Assembly: GCF_021028975.2 (NCBI RefSeq)
Contig: NC_059429.1
Coordinates: 107,012,001 to 107,076,000, forward strand
Direction of reading: 5' to 3'
Source: Sphaerodactylus townsendi
Lineage: Eukaryota
DNA length: 64,000 bases
Shown here one piece after another: positions 25,480-37,499 of the stretch (within the stretch, counting starts at the first letter, position 1; every line of letters begins with the position of its first letter). The notes under the pieces were generated by a model. It was not told the origin of the DNA, did no database searches, and worked only from the letters and a program-made list of their open reading frames with translations. The translations under genes and the position numbers were made by a program.

Positions 25480-26200
25480 TCATGCTAGGCTGACTTATGG
25501 CCACCCTGTGAGGTTTTCAAGGCCAGAGACATTCAGAGGTGGTTTGCCATTGCCTCTGTTCTGTTCCCCCAAAGAAAACTGTTTTTGGCGGCCTGTGCAC
25601 GGCCAGAACAGAGTGGGAGGGTCACAAGCAAGGTTTAACAGTTCAAACAAAAGGTTTAATATTTAGAAGAATGGAGACCCTAACTCCTCCCAGGGTCTAT
25701 GTAAAATTAAGTACTTGCTTGACTGGACAGTAGAAGCTGTAGACTTTTGTTTTTTCTCTGACTGCTTCCAGGATAAGTCCACTTCTTTAAGTTCCTTGAG
25801 TCTTTATCAGGCTACTAGTCTCTGTAAACCTCAACTTTGTGCTCTCAGTACACTTTTGACGAGGCAAAATACTTCTGCCTCCTAACTCCTTGGGCAGCTG
25901 TACTGAACTGAGTTAAACAGGAGCATTGCTGGAAGATAACAGAAAGACTGCCTCTTGGGAGATTTGTTAAAGGGACAGGGGCTAACTAAAATTCCCTCCC
26001 TTTGGAGACTATACAAAGAACTAAACCCATGCTATCTATGGGAAACTGATACTTAACAATGAAAATAATAAAGGCTTCTGTGTGGGGAGGGGCATGACAG
26101 CCTCTGCATAGCAACTCTGGACTTTCAATCCAACTACTACCCAGGGCTGACCCTGCTAAGCTTCTGAGATCTGACAAGATCAGACTAGCCAGGTCAGGGC
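25480..26200 (-). mobile_element. 5S-headed Sauria-type SINE split by a solo LTR
   Basis: Tail part at 25480-25556 (ttttcaaggc...ggtttgccattgcctc), head part at 26100-26200 (gaccctgctaagcttctgagatc). Confidence 0.7.
25557..26099 (-). mobile_element. Solo LTR (543 bp)
   Basis: TG...CA termini and a perfect 5-bp TSD gcctc (25552-25556, 26100-26104); attaaa on the minus strand near 25655. Confidence 0.85.
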
Positions 26201-26333
26201 ACTTAAACACAGAGTATTTGCCCTGGCTTGGATGCTATTAGGAAGCTTTTTTCTTTCTCCTTCTCTGCAGACTCATGGTGCATCCAATGCCCTTCCCAGG
26301 TTTTCCCGGTCTTTCATGCAGTCTTTTCCAAAC

Positions 26334-26466
26334 CTGCTTTGCTATTCTGGCAAAGTTCGCAGAAAGGTCTGGTGATTCCCTTGTGGACAGAAACATTGGA
26401 TCTTTCAGGTCCTGCTGACATAGGCACTGTTTTCCAGCCACAGTCTCCCACACTGGCCATCTCTCC
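26334..26466 (-). CDS. Possible exon 4 of the orphan minus-strand gene (may instead run to the stop at 26238)
   Basis: AG at 26467-26468 and a phase-2 open frame (E)ERWPVWETVAGKQCLC...ARIAKQ compatible with exon 3; acceptor and donor are both weak. Confidence 0.25.
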
Positions 26467-27226
26467 CTAAGGACTTTTTTAAAAAGCAACAGAATATAAC
26501 TAACTTTGTAACATTACATCAGTATGTCTACCAGATTCCCCAAATTCTCTGCTTTCATTAAGGAAGTATCTTCTCTTGTTGCAGAGATATGCATTTCTCT
26601 TATATCTCTGCAAAAAAGAAGCTAGGGATTTACTGTTTCGTTTAAAAAACAAAAGCTCTGATAGACACATAGATATAATACTATAATGATATTCAACTGC
26701 TAATTAAAAAAAAGAATGAAAAAAAGAAAGAACCCTCTGGTGCCACAGGAGGGGTTGGTCCCTGTCAGGGCACTCAGGCAACAAAAATACAAGGAAATCT
26801 GTCATGTGAAATCCCCACAGTGTATTGACAGCCACAGTGGGAACAGGGAAACCACTCAAGCCTGTTGGCATGGAATACACTTTTCTGCTTGAAAGTTAGT
26901 ATCCATCTAGTTCACCTCGTCAGTAATTCGCAACTAGTCTTAGGGCCTAGACTAGGAAAAGGAACCACAGAAGTGGACTCTTTCATTTACCCACTAATTA
27001 CTTGTTTAATTCATTTATACCCTACTTGTCTACCCATCATTCTCCTCTCTTCCATTTTATCCCTGCAACATGCCTGTGAGGTAGTAGTAGTAGTCTTTAT
27101 TTACGGTCAGTGACCAAGTATACCTGTAAGGTAGGTAGACTGAGTTTGCTTGAGTCACCCAAGATCATTCAGCAAAATTTCATGGCAGAGGGAGGGTCCC
27201 CTAAATCTTACCTTGACATTCTAACC

Positions 27227-27347
27227 CAGGGGGGTGTCCAATTCTGGCCCTCCAGATGTTCATAGACTACAAATTCCCATTGTTGGCAAAGGGCTGGTGG
27301 GAATCATGGTCCGTAAACATCTGGAGGGCCATAATTAGACACCCCTG
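27227..27347. mobile_element. hAT-type MITE inserted in a minus-strand SINE (~27010-27370)
   Basis: cagggg...cccctg termini, ggccctccagatgtt / aacatctggagggcc arms, degenerate 8-bp TSD ttctaacc / ctctaatc. Confidence 0.75.
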
Positions 27348-28808
27348 CTCTAATCACTGCACCATACTGACTTGCTCTTGCAGTCAGAATTGGAAATATC
27401 TCTTGCACTCTTTTGCTTTCTATCCCACAGAACATTTGGGTTGGCGGAAGACATTTTATTCAGTGGAGTGAAACTTCCTTACATCCTCCCTCCCACTGCC
27501 ACAGTTGTCCTCCGAAACATTGCTTGTAGATGCGGGGGGGGGGGGATCCCATAGGAACAGCATGGAGGGAGGGCAGAGGCCTGCAGTGTAGGGGGGGGGG
27601 GGCAGAAACTGGCTGCTGACCTTTTTGTTGTCAAAATCCCCACCAGGAATCATTGCAAAGAAATCATTTGTTTTCATATCCCCAGAATACAATGTCCAAA
27701 TAATACAGAGCAGTTGTATAGCATTCAAAGTGCTTCACATATATAATTCCAATAATCTTTGCAACCACTCTATAAGACAGGCTATTATTACTACCTCTGC
27801 ATTGCAGGAAACTGGGAGACACTGGGCCTACATTCACATGCAGACTGGAAAAGGTACCTCCAACCGTGGTGGCAACAACAAGTTGTACAGAAATGGTGTC
27901 TATATACAACCCTACTAAAGCTGTTGGCTGCCCCAAGGTCCTTCTTACCCTCATTCCTCCCCCTTTCCCCATATTTTCCTTTCCTTACATTTAATGCTAC
28001 AGCATATCCTGGCAGGGAAACGGGATGGGGGGAGCTCTTTAAAAGGCTGAATAAGGGAGGACAATTTGCAACCTACTTCCATCCCCTTCCTCAGTATGGC
28101 CACATGGGACCATCCACTTAGATGCTCCACCTTGAACCCCGCCCCCTTTCACGTTATAGAAAATGAAGTTTGTATTGACTTTGGCATATAGGAGAAAAAC
28201 AGGCAGCCGTAGGAATCATTCATACACTGGTGTTGTTTGGATGCTCTTGCTCATTGCAGAAATTTGTCCACATGGGAAGAAAACTCCTTCTGTGGAAACA
28301 GCCTGGCTTGTATAAAGCCACCTATTGAATTTATAGCAGAGGCAAGGCTGGAACTAGCAACTGGCAGATTTTAGATCAGGCTCTTGACTACTTCGCTCAC
28401 CACTATTTCATATTCCTAATAAATATTACATCTCCAATATGGGGATCACAGTAGGCATCTGTTGGTACTTTCATTCATCAGGCACTTCCAATCTGCAACT
28501 TTCCAATTGGACTTCCTTTTTGGAGGTGGAGGACCTGGAGCAGTTTTCTGTATCTGGGATTTCCACATCTTCCTTACAATTTACTTTTGACTTCTTAATG
28601 GATACAATGAAGGGAGCTCACTGTAAGTTAACACTGTTCCTCTCAAAAGTTTTGATTGTAACAGTGCCACAGCTGAGTGGCCAGGAGCAGACAGGTAAAG
28701 GGCAGTATCAGTTCTAAGTTGCAAGACCTTGAGCAGTCTGGGACCATGGAGGGCCCTCCAGTAGTAATTTGCTGGTGGTCCCTAGCTCCAAAGACATTTG
28801 GTTGTCAT

Positions 28809-29200
28809 CAGTGGTGGGATCCAAAAATGTTAGTAACAGACTCCCATGGTGGTGGGATTCAAACTGTGGCGTAGCGCCAATGGGGCTGGGCGGGGCACGA
28901 CAGGGTTGTGGCTGGGCATTCCAGGGGTGGGGCATTCCTGGGCGGGGCTGTGGCAAGGACGCAGCCGCTGTGCCAGTCCTTGGGCAGGAAACGAATGCAC
29001 GCAGGTGCAGGCTGCCCCGCACGCCGGTGCACCTCCTGCTAGATTGCTTCAAGTTCTGCGCGCTACTGCTGAGAGGAGGGACGTAACTAAGGCAAAAATC
29101 ATGTGGCAAAATCACCAATTAGTAACCCCCTCTCGGCACACACAAATAATTAGTAACCTACTCTCGGGAACCTGTGAGAACCTGCTGGATCCCACCTCTG
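28809..29200. mobile_element. hAT non-autonomous element
   Basis: TIRs cagtggtgggatcca / tggatcccacctctg and a perfect 8-bp TSD gttgtcat (28801-28808, 29201-29208). Confidence 0.9.
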
Positions 29201-29258
29201 GTTGTCATCCACCAGAGCCACAACCTTTTTGTCCCTGGCACCTTCTTGGTGAACTCAC

Positions 29259-29307
29259 TCCCGGCAGATGTCAGGGAACTGTGAGATGTAAATCAGTTTC
29301 TCAGGGC
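29259..29307 (-). CDS. Putative exon 3 of the orphan minus-strand gene, (C)PEKLIYISQFPDICR
   Basis: Acceptor aatttaatcttgcag, donor gtgagt, 49 nt, open in the phase-1 frame left by exon 2. Confidence 0.4.
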
Positions 29308-30039
29308 CTGCAAGATTAAATTATTTTGTCAGGCTTATAACAGACATTGCTGGTCATATTGGCCCCTAAGCTCATGTCTACCCTCCCTCCCCCATAAAAT
29401 CTTGTAAAGTTGTGGGGAGAGTTTGGAAATATTTTGTGGGTAAGATGTTTTAAATCACCATCACTGATATTATTGAAATAATAAATTGGCACCACTGATA
29501 TTATTGGGAATGTTCTAATCGCTTATTTATTGTTGTTTTACTATGTTTTAAACATGTGTGTCAGCCACCCTGAGCCTGGCTTTGACCAGGGGACTAAACC
29601 AAATACATAATAAATAATAATAATAATAGGCCAGCTCTGGTAGCTGTGTGTCAAACAGCTCTTACAGTACATTCTGAGAGCTCTTTCCTGGGAATAAGCC
29701 CTGTGAAATAGATCAGTTTAGGATTGCGCTTTTCACCCACCTGCTCTTTAAGATCTGTAAATATGGCCCTGTAGTCATAGCTAAGAGTCTGGTAGCTAAG
29801 AGCACTACCCCATTCTCCCACAAATATTTGTTACAATTTTTTGAAAGAACAGAACACAAGCACATCAGCATAACATGTGAAAAAAAATGATGTGTATTTT
29901 CCTGCCTTGCAAAAATCCCACCTACATCAGCACCATGTTCCTGCAAATATCCAGACAACAATACAGAAAATACAAAGATCAGGGATTCAGACCTGATTGT
30001 TCTGACACTCTAACTTCTATGTCAATCTATCAGCCCACA

Positions 30040-30270
30040 ATGCCCCTTGTGACTAAAAAAAAAGATCCTCCAACATTCTTAAATTTGGAGTGACACTGGG
30101 TGCTGTTCAAATGGTTCCTAGATGAGAGGATCCTGGTCGCCATGTTGAAGAATGATGGAGAGTCCTGATTGGCCATCACTCTTTCCACCATATTGTTCAT
30201 AAATTGGATGGATTTTCTTTCTCCTGCCAGAAGCACCTCAAAGTCTGAATGCTGTTTCCTGCACATGTCA
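30040..30270 (-). mobile_element. Myb/SANT-like (trihelix) ORF remnant, probably the second Harbinger gene
   Basis: FFNMATRILSSRNHLNSTQCHSKFKNV resembles the IAxxLxxxGxxRTxxQCRxKxKxL helix-3 signature; 1.3 kb from a Harbinger transposase remnant. Confidence 0.45.
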
Positions 30271-31539
30271 TAGAAGACTGGCCAACTAAAGTGCTAAAAG
30301 TGATGCTCAAACCAGGATATTTTGTCTATGAGTAATCCCTGGTATTTACAATGACATTTCAAAGGACATTTTTTTAAAGGAACCATTTTATTTGGTGATG
30401 CGACAGGGGTAGAAAGGGCATGATATAGAAGACTGAGCACTCCAGCAAATGTGCTCATGTTCATGGAAGCAGAGGAAAGGGGGGAAAGGACTTCTTAAAA
30501 GTGTTCTGTGACTTTCCAGGTGTTGCCTTGTTGGAAATGAGGATCCTGTTGAATGCCCTATTTCTGGCTGTGCATGATCAATGAAGAGGAGAGAGAGGCA
30601 GCTCTATGGAGCCTTACTGAACCGTGAAGGAAATATTTCTTGGCCTCGGGCTAGAAACCATTTATCAGTATGCCACACTTCCTCTGAGAAGCACAACTGC
30701 GGAGAGAGGAATCCACCCTGGAGATCCTCCTTGAAGTTTTTCCTCTTCCTGTTACTTCCAATTTTCTCTCTCTCAAAATAAACCATTCTAAGCAATAATC
30801 AGTTGTTAACAAGTAAGGTGACTGAGGCTGACTACATTACTGCAAAACACCTACCTCATAGGTGTCTTGTAACTACTGGACCATAACTATAGTCAATACT
30901 GATTGGCTGAGGGAGAATTTTTCCCCAGAGTAAGTTTGGACTATGTTTCCAAATTCCTAGGTTTTTCAGGCACCCTTTGAGGATAGTGTAAACAGATTTT
31001 CCCCATTGCTCATAACAATCCAGAAATGCATGGTTAAAGAAAGCCAGTTATTTTTCTTGATTTAAATAATGCTATTTCCACCCATTTTTACTTAGGAATT
31101 TCCATAACTACTCCACAATACAAGACAATGAGAGGATTTAATAGTTGATTTCAATTTTAAGTTAACCCTGGATCGGCCATCAAGGTGGGAAATGGTGTCT
31201 GGATGCAATAAATGAGGGGGGGGGGAGGTGAGGATTTGGCGCATGGGTCTCCTGCTCACTCGTGCCCCCCTCCAGATCCGCCCCTGCTCATCAGAGGTAG
31301 GCATGCAAGAAAAAATGACATGGGCCATTTATTTACTTAAAATACTACGTGACTACTTTTCTCCCTTGTAGAAGTCAAGGTGGTTTACAATATGAATTAA
31401 AGAATTACAAAAAACATAATAAAATAACATGAATGCAACATTTATTAAAATATATATATGAAAGGTGAAAATTTAAAAACTACAATTAGGACTGCCAATA
31501 AACTAAATCAGTTCCACAATGATGAATACCACTAAGGTT

Positions 31540-31960
31540 ATCTTTGCCACACTGGATCAGGCAAGCTCAAACTTCTGGCTCATGACACAGTAGCCTTCTG
31601 CATTCGTGAGCCACCAGCACACTGTGATAGCAACTCTCCTCTCTGCGGTACAGATGCCCTCATGTTCGTGTGCTGGCGCTCTACCTGTGAATTTCCATGA
31701 TTTCAAAAACAGTGGCATGAGTTATGTGGAAATTTTCAATTCAGTGTTTATAATCCCAGATTTCCATGACAGTCTTCTCCCACCAATCATTCTTGCAGGG
31801 GCATACCTGCCAGCAATGGGGCAATTTCAGCAAGGGCATTACCTGGCACCTCCGTGAAAACCTGTCACAGCAAAGCACCTTCTTACCATTGAGAATCCTG
31901 TGGCAGGAAGCGACTGATTTCCAAGATCTGTTTCGCCTCCTCTGTTGGTTACCTAGAAAG
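31540..31960 (-). mobile_element. PIF/Harbinger transposase N-terminal remnant
   Basis: DWWEKTVMEIWDYKH*IENFHITHATVFEI and ERRVAITVCWWLTNAEGYCVMSQKFELA*SSVAK match the HARBI1/ALP1-type NFRM and HTH regions. Confidence 0.75.
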
Positions 31961-32840
31961 TGAAGACAAAGCTCCATGGTGCTCAACAGGGCAGAGAATG
32001 TAACACTCATGAATAAGCAGTAGCAAATAAGCAGAAGGGACATCTTGGCATGACAGTGGATCTCTGGCTGCAAATTCCTGTTGCCAATACTTTGAAATCC
32101 ACTGCTGCTGTTCATCTCTGAAAGGGCGATACAGTGTAATTATGCAAAACCAGATTTAAAAAAAGAGTTGGGAATTTATTGCACAACCAATCTTTTCTGA
32201 CTGCAGGGCAGAAATACACGGTGCACCAGTTCATTCAAACTCTACTGAGCAGAGACTTTTTTCATGCCAGGTAAAGGAAAATAAATGTGTGACACTTCAG
32301 CCAGAAAGACATTCATTCTATAGAGATATATCACTGTAGCACATGTGTAAAGGAAAGAAAAAAGAGGGGCAGTGAGTCACCACAGTGGCTTTGACAACTA
32401 TGCCTTTGAGAGCCAATGAAGAGTTGCTGTGAAGCATGTGCAGAATGGGGGGGGGGGAAGGGGAGAGAACTGCAGAAAACTCCCTGAGAAAGCTGTTAAA
32501 GTGTTTAAAGTTGTTTTAATTAGGTTTTTTTGGGGAGGGGGGAGATATTTTAATTATTTATAACACAATTTTAGCCACGTTGATGCCTCTTATAAAAGCA
32601 GAAAGGTGAGATATAAATTTTGTAAATTAAAATAAATACATTAAAAAAACAAGAACAGTATACACAGTGGAAATTCCCCCCCTCCCCCGTCAGTTGACTT
32701 AGTGATCAATCCTAGATAGCTCTGCTCAGTATTGAGTCCCATTTTATTCAATGGGGCTTACTTCAAGGAAAATATTCTAAGGTTTATAGTTTTAGCAACC
32801 TAATTAAAGGTAAAGAAAACCTAACTTCTCTTGCCCCCTA

Positions 32841-32981
32841 GGCTCATTCCGCACATGCAGAATAATGTACTTTCAAACTGCTTTCAGTGCTCTTTAAAGC
32901 TGTGCAGAATGGCAAAATCCACTTGCAAACAGTTGTGAAAGTGGTTTGAAAACACATTATTTTGCGTGTGCGGAAGGGGCC
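32841..32981. mobile_element. Harbinger-type MITE (141 bp)
   Basis: TIRs ggctcattccgcacatgcagaataatg / cattattttgcgtgtgcggaaggggcc; 3-bp TSD cta/cta. Confidence 0.85.
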
Positions 32982-33904
32982 CTAGACACTCTAACCATCA
33001 CTGGGTCAAGTTCCAGAGTGGCCCATGGACTCCAGGGTACTGAGGATCCCAGATACAAAGTAAAACTTGATGGCCATTAGACAGGAGAGAAAGAGTAAGC
33101 AGACTGCAACCCTGGATGAAAGGAAGAAGAGAATTCCTCCTATGCACCCACCATGGGGAAAATACTGCCTTTACCTTAAATTCTTATAAATTCCTTCCAG
33201 GGTCCCGCCATTTTCACAATCAACCTTCAACTGAGTATACACAAGAGATCTTTGACAAATAACCAGAGGACCTGAGTTCATCTTAATGGAGCTACTTTAA
33301 TCCATACTTCTGTCAGTCGGATTTAAAGCTCTGACATTTAATTACACTAATGAACAGTCAAGGACATCCAAGAGATTTTCCTCCCATCAATTGCACTTTG
33401 GCAATACAGCCCGCCGGTTACAGCTAAATGACATCAAGAAGGACCTGTAGGTTTTATTCTCAACTTCGCTGCTGATCAAACAAAATTATGTAGCCTCTCT
33501 CAAATCATGTTCTTGTTAATTTGTCTCTCTCAAATCATTTTCTTGTAAGTTAAGTCATTCTGTGATTGTTCAACAACTTATAAGGTCAAACCAACATATG
33601 AACCACTTGTGGTTTATTATTTTACAAGCTATGCCACAAACAAAATGTATCCCTTCTAGAATAAAAGAGCAAATGTACTTTATTTAAAGTAGAATTATAG
33701 GTTAGGCAACAAGCTAGATATTCTTCCTGTAAAAAATTACAACAACCACCACCTTTATTAGGCATATAAAATAAGCTCTAGAACGTTACCAGACATTTGT
33801 GATACAAAAAGCAAGAATATGATCAAAACACAGAAAGAGAAACTGTATTAGATGTTACTTACATTTCTTGGATTGACTTCCAAGTAACATTAGATGTTAC
33901 TTAC

Positions 33905-34087
33905 AAAGTTCTGTCACTTGTAAAAGAAATTTTGCTACTTTTTCCAAGCGCATGACGTCTATATTGTTTAGCAGAAGCCCCACAACAGATTTGTCAGAGT
34001 CTCTTTCAGATTTGTCTAGGGCCAGCCTAGGAGAGAAATTCCTAATACCCATGTATCTCGGGCTGCAAAAAATTGATCTTAACATTG
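33905..34087 (-). CDS. Putative exon 2 of an unidentified minus-strand gene, (A)MLRSIFCSPRYMG...LEKVAKFLLQVTEL
   Basis: Strong acceptor ttttttacctttccactag, donor gtaagt, 183 nt (61 codons, phase 1-1); only this frame is open. Confidence 0.55.
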
Positions 34088-34674
34088 CTAGTGGAAAGGT
34101 AAAAAATAACTTCAGTCAGTTTCTCAATGTGCAGGCTGATTTAGGAAGCTTAACCATAACAAGCAGTTTGTCTTTAAAAGCAACAAAAACATATGCCAAT
34201 CTAAAGATTCAAAGTCTGTTTAAACTGAAAAAAAAATTCTCCTTTTTGGAGCTGGCATTGTTTCATTCCAGCCAATGAGATTCAAAGCCAAGATTTCTGT
34301 CTGGATTTATTTATCAAAGGGGTCAGTCTTTTTCCTGTCTTGCAGTCAGAATGAGTGAATTTGCAACAGAACAGTTCAAAAGGTTGCAATCCTGTGCACA
34401 CCTATTTAAAAGTACACTCCTCCAAGGAGTTCAGGGGGATTGAATTCCAAGCAAACACGCAACAGAGAAGTAAGTTCTAGGACTCTGGAAAATGAATGCA
34501 GATCTTCACTGGAAGGTTCGGTTGTCAAGTGGAGATTCTGCCTTCAGTTCGATTGAACAGAGGTCAAAATTGCTTTTAAAAAATTAGCTTGCACTTCCAG
34601 CTCATCATTTCACTCACCCATTACTGCTTCACACTCTCTGTGGTTATTTTGACAACAATAATATTTAGACCCCA

Positions 34675-35535
34675 TGTCAAGCTCATAAGCCAAGGTCAGG
34701 TCAGGAGACAGCAGGCAGACACTGTAGCACAAGCTGAAGTCAGGTTTAGTGACAAGGCAGCAGGAGCTATAGCTCAAGTCAAAGTTGGAGCAGGAGACTC
34801 AGAATTCATCACAGCAGAGTCAATGGCTCATTCCGCACATGCAGAATAATGCACTTTCAAACTGCTTTCAGTGCTCTTTGAAGCTGTGCAGAATAGCAAA
34901 ATCCACTTGCAAACAGTTGTGAAAGTGGTTTGAAAATGCATTATTTTGCATGTGCGGAAGGGGCCAATGGTACAGGCACGTAGGAGAGGCATTGCTACAA
35001 CATGGCAGCTCTTTATGACTAATAAAGGTGATTGATTGATTGATTGATTGAACATGGCAGCTCTTCCCTTGGTCTCTTTCAAGCCAGACACTCACCTGGC
35101 AGCTGGAGATGCTGTGCACCTGGCTCCTGTATCAGACCTGCTGCTGCAAACAATCCCCGTCATGGCTGAGGCCTGACCGGCACTCAGGAGCCAAATGAGC
35201 ACTCTCCTCTCATGTAACTCACTGCCTAGTCTTCTCCAGAGCTGCTTGTGGGACTCAGGAAAAATGGTGGGGGAGGACATGCCAGTGTCAGGTCTTTTGC
35301 ATCTTGCCTGGTGCTGGGGTGGGAGGACTGAGGGGCTTCAGTGTTTGTGCCTGGCCGAGGGTCTTCTATGCTTGTGCCTGGCTGAGGCTCTGAGTCTGGA
35401 CCTGCATGGACTGTTCCATCTTCCTCTGGTGCCTCTGCAGGTGGCTGAGGAAAAGATGCGATGGCAGTGTCTAATTCCTCATCTGAGGGGTCTTCAGGGT
35501 CCCCTGGCACAACTAAGCTCGGCTGGGCCATAACA
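34675..35535 (-). mobile_element. Solo LTR (Gypsy-like) containing two younger insertions
   Basis: tgtcaa...ataaca termini, degenerate 5-bp flanks cccca/cacta; interrupted by a MITE (34825-34965) and a 38-bp LINE tail (35013-35050). Confidence 0.6.
34825..34965. mobile_element. Harbinger-type MITE, second copy
   Basis: Nearly identical to 32841-32981; 3-bp TSD aat/aat. Confidence 0.85.
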
Positions 35536-36989
35536 CACTACCCTGTTCAACAATATTTCTCAGCGGAATACTGTTGACTATCAAATGCAGGAGATGTGAG
35601 ATGAATTTTCAAAGAACATGAGGTCTGAATACCCAAACCTTCTGGCACATTTCATTCTGGATTGCACATTAAGGGTTTTTATCAACACCATTTCAGAATA
35701 ATTCAGACATTAACAAAAACAGTTACATTGTCTAGATAAGTACATGCCCACTTGCTAGAAATGCTACTGAATTGAATGGAGCTTACTTTCTCTGCCATAT
35801 TATTATTTATTACTTTTGTATGCTGCCCTTCTTGTAGGCTCAGGGTGGCTCACAACAATTTATAAATATATCAAAACAACTAGAACAGATAAAAACATAG
35901 TCTAAATTTGATGACGGCTTAAATCATACTAAAATATCATAGGGAAGTACAGGGTGGAAAAGGGGGAGGCCAAAGATGGAAAACCATAGCTGCCTCAACC
36001 ATATGCCTGATGGAACAGCTCTGCCTTAAATTGTACAGCAATGGTCGTTTGCTGTGGCTTACCACAAACCACTTACACTTAAACCAACATTGGTTGCCAA
36101 ACCCAGGGCAGGTTTTAAAAATAAAAACTGTACTTAAAACCAAATCACAGAAATGCTTAGCATCTATGTAATCCAAAACTTCATATTTACAAAGCATCGA
36201 AAGGCATGTAAACAACTTTTACCCAAATGTAATGCTTTCTCCACTGCGTCCCCACCCCATGGTTTCCACAAACTGTTCAAAACTGAACTACTCAAGAGGG
36301 CTTTCCTATGCATATTTTCTATCACATTTAATTGTTTACTGAATTTTTCGTCCTGTTTATTGTATTGACTCACTCTGCAACTTGGACTCAACTTGAGTCC
36401 AAGGGAGAAAGGTGGGACTATAAATAACACAAAATGAAATGAATAAACAAACTTTAACCAAAATGACACAGGTCAACACCTAGGCTTTCACCGCTATACT
36501 TCATTGGGCTGAAAATTTTAAGTTGGGGGTGAAGAAGAAAGTTGGGGGAAGGAACTTTCTTATCTGTATGGAATGCTAAATCGGTCTGACTAGATGGTCA
36601 GGTGGTAGCCCCCCAGGCCTTCTGGCAAGAGGACAGCCCATACAGGCAGAAGGATCCTAACACCAAACATCTGCTTCTTTTTTTAAAAAAAATCCAGCTT
36701 TCTCACTATCAATATTTTTTACTTTACAGACAGACAAAAGAGAAAAATGGTGAAATGGGTCTCAAGTTCGAAACGAGCGATTTTAGCCCCAGAGATCACC
36801 TGCTCGGTTTCTCCTGCAGCACGGGGGGGGGGGGGGGGGGGAAAGTTTGTATGCACAAAAAATGCTCTTAGGTATGTGCGGACCCTTTAACCACTCTCTC
36901 CAGTGGCCTCTCTCCCCCTCGACTTTAGGATCAGCCTTTCACCCCATCCCGCAATTTCTGGTTCTGCTTCTAAACCTCTCTCCCGCTTC

Positions 36990-37160
36990 TGACTGATCTG
37001 TCTCTCAAACTCCCAATCGGCCTCCCCGCCCCCCCGCCCCAGGTTTGACTTATTTGCCTCTCATTCTCCCAGATTCTTTGACTGATCTGCCTCTCATTTC
37101 CCCAACTTTTGGATCTGCCTCTCCACCCCCCTCCTTCAGACTGGATCTCTGCCTCTCCGC
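36990..37160. repeat. Degenerate ~30-bp minisatellite (gactgatctgcctctc core)
   Basis: Core recurs near 36991, 37047, 37080, 37112 and 37139. Confidence 0.55.
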
Positions 37161-37184
37161 TGCTCCGTTCAGGGGAAAAGAAAC

Positions 37185-37248
37185 CTTTAGGATTGCGGGA
37201 TTTGTTGGCAGCATCAGAAGACGGGTCTATATTTTGTAGCAAAGCCAT
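37185..37248 (-). CDS. Putative coding part of exon 1 of the orphan gene, MALLQNIDPSSDAANKSRNPK
   Basis: ATG in strong Kozak context (gaaATGg) at the island edge; 64 nt to AG|gtttct (weak donor); phase 1 joins exon 2 in frame. Confidence 0.4.
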
Positions 37249-37499
37249 TTCCACCAGTCGATTCCCGCGGGTCCCTTTGCAACGCTCCCTTCCTCCCGCC
37301 GCTTCCCAAGTCGTTTCCAGCCAAGCGGAGACGACTCGATCAGAGTCACCCTCCCGGTCGGCAGCTGCGGTCTTCAGCCCCGCCTCCTCTTGGCGTAGCC
37401 CCGCCTTCCAGGAGGCGGGGCTTCCAAGGACCAGCCCCGCCCCCAAACTGTCCCCGCCGCACCGGCCGCCTTCCAGCCTGTGCCAGTCAATCAGCCAGC

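Noticed and set aside
28430-28800. Apparent decayed coding exon on the minus strand
   Set aside because: Several stops, about what chance gives, and no recognisable motif.
33175-33230. 56-nt minus-strand exon candidate (cag|TTGAAG...TTAAG|gtaaag)
   Set aside because: Good splice signals, but joining it to exon 2 gives an immediate TGA; at most a poison or non-coding exon.
35226-35531. Acidic Pro-rich 101-aa ORF
   Set aside because: Lies wholly within a solo LTR; low complexity.
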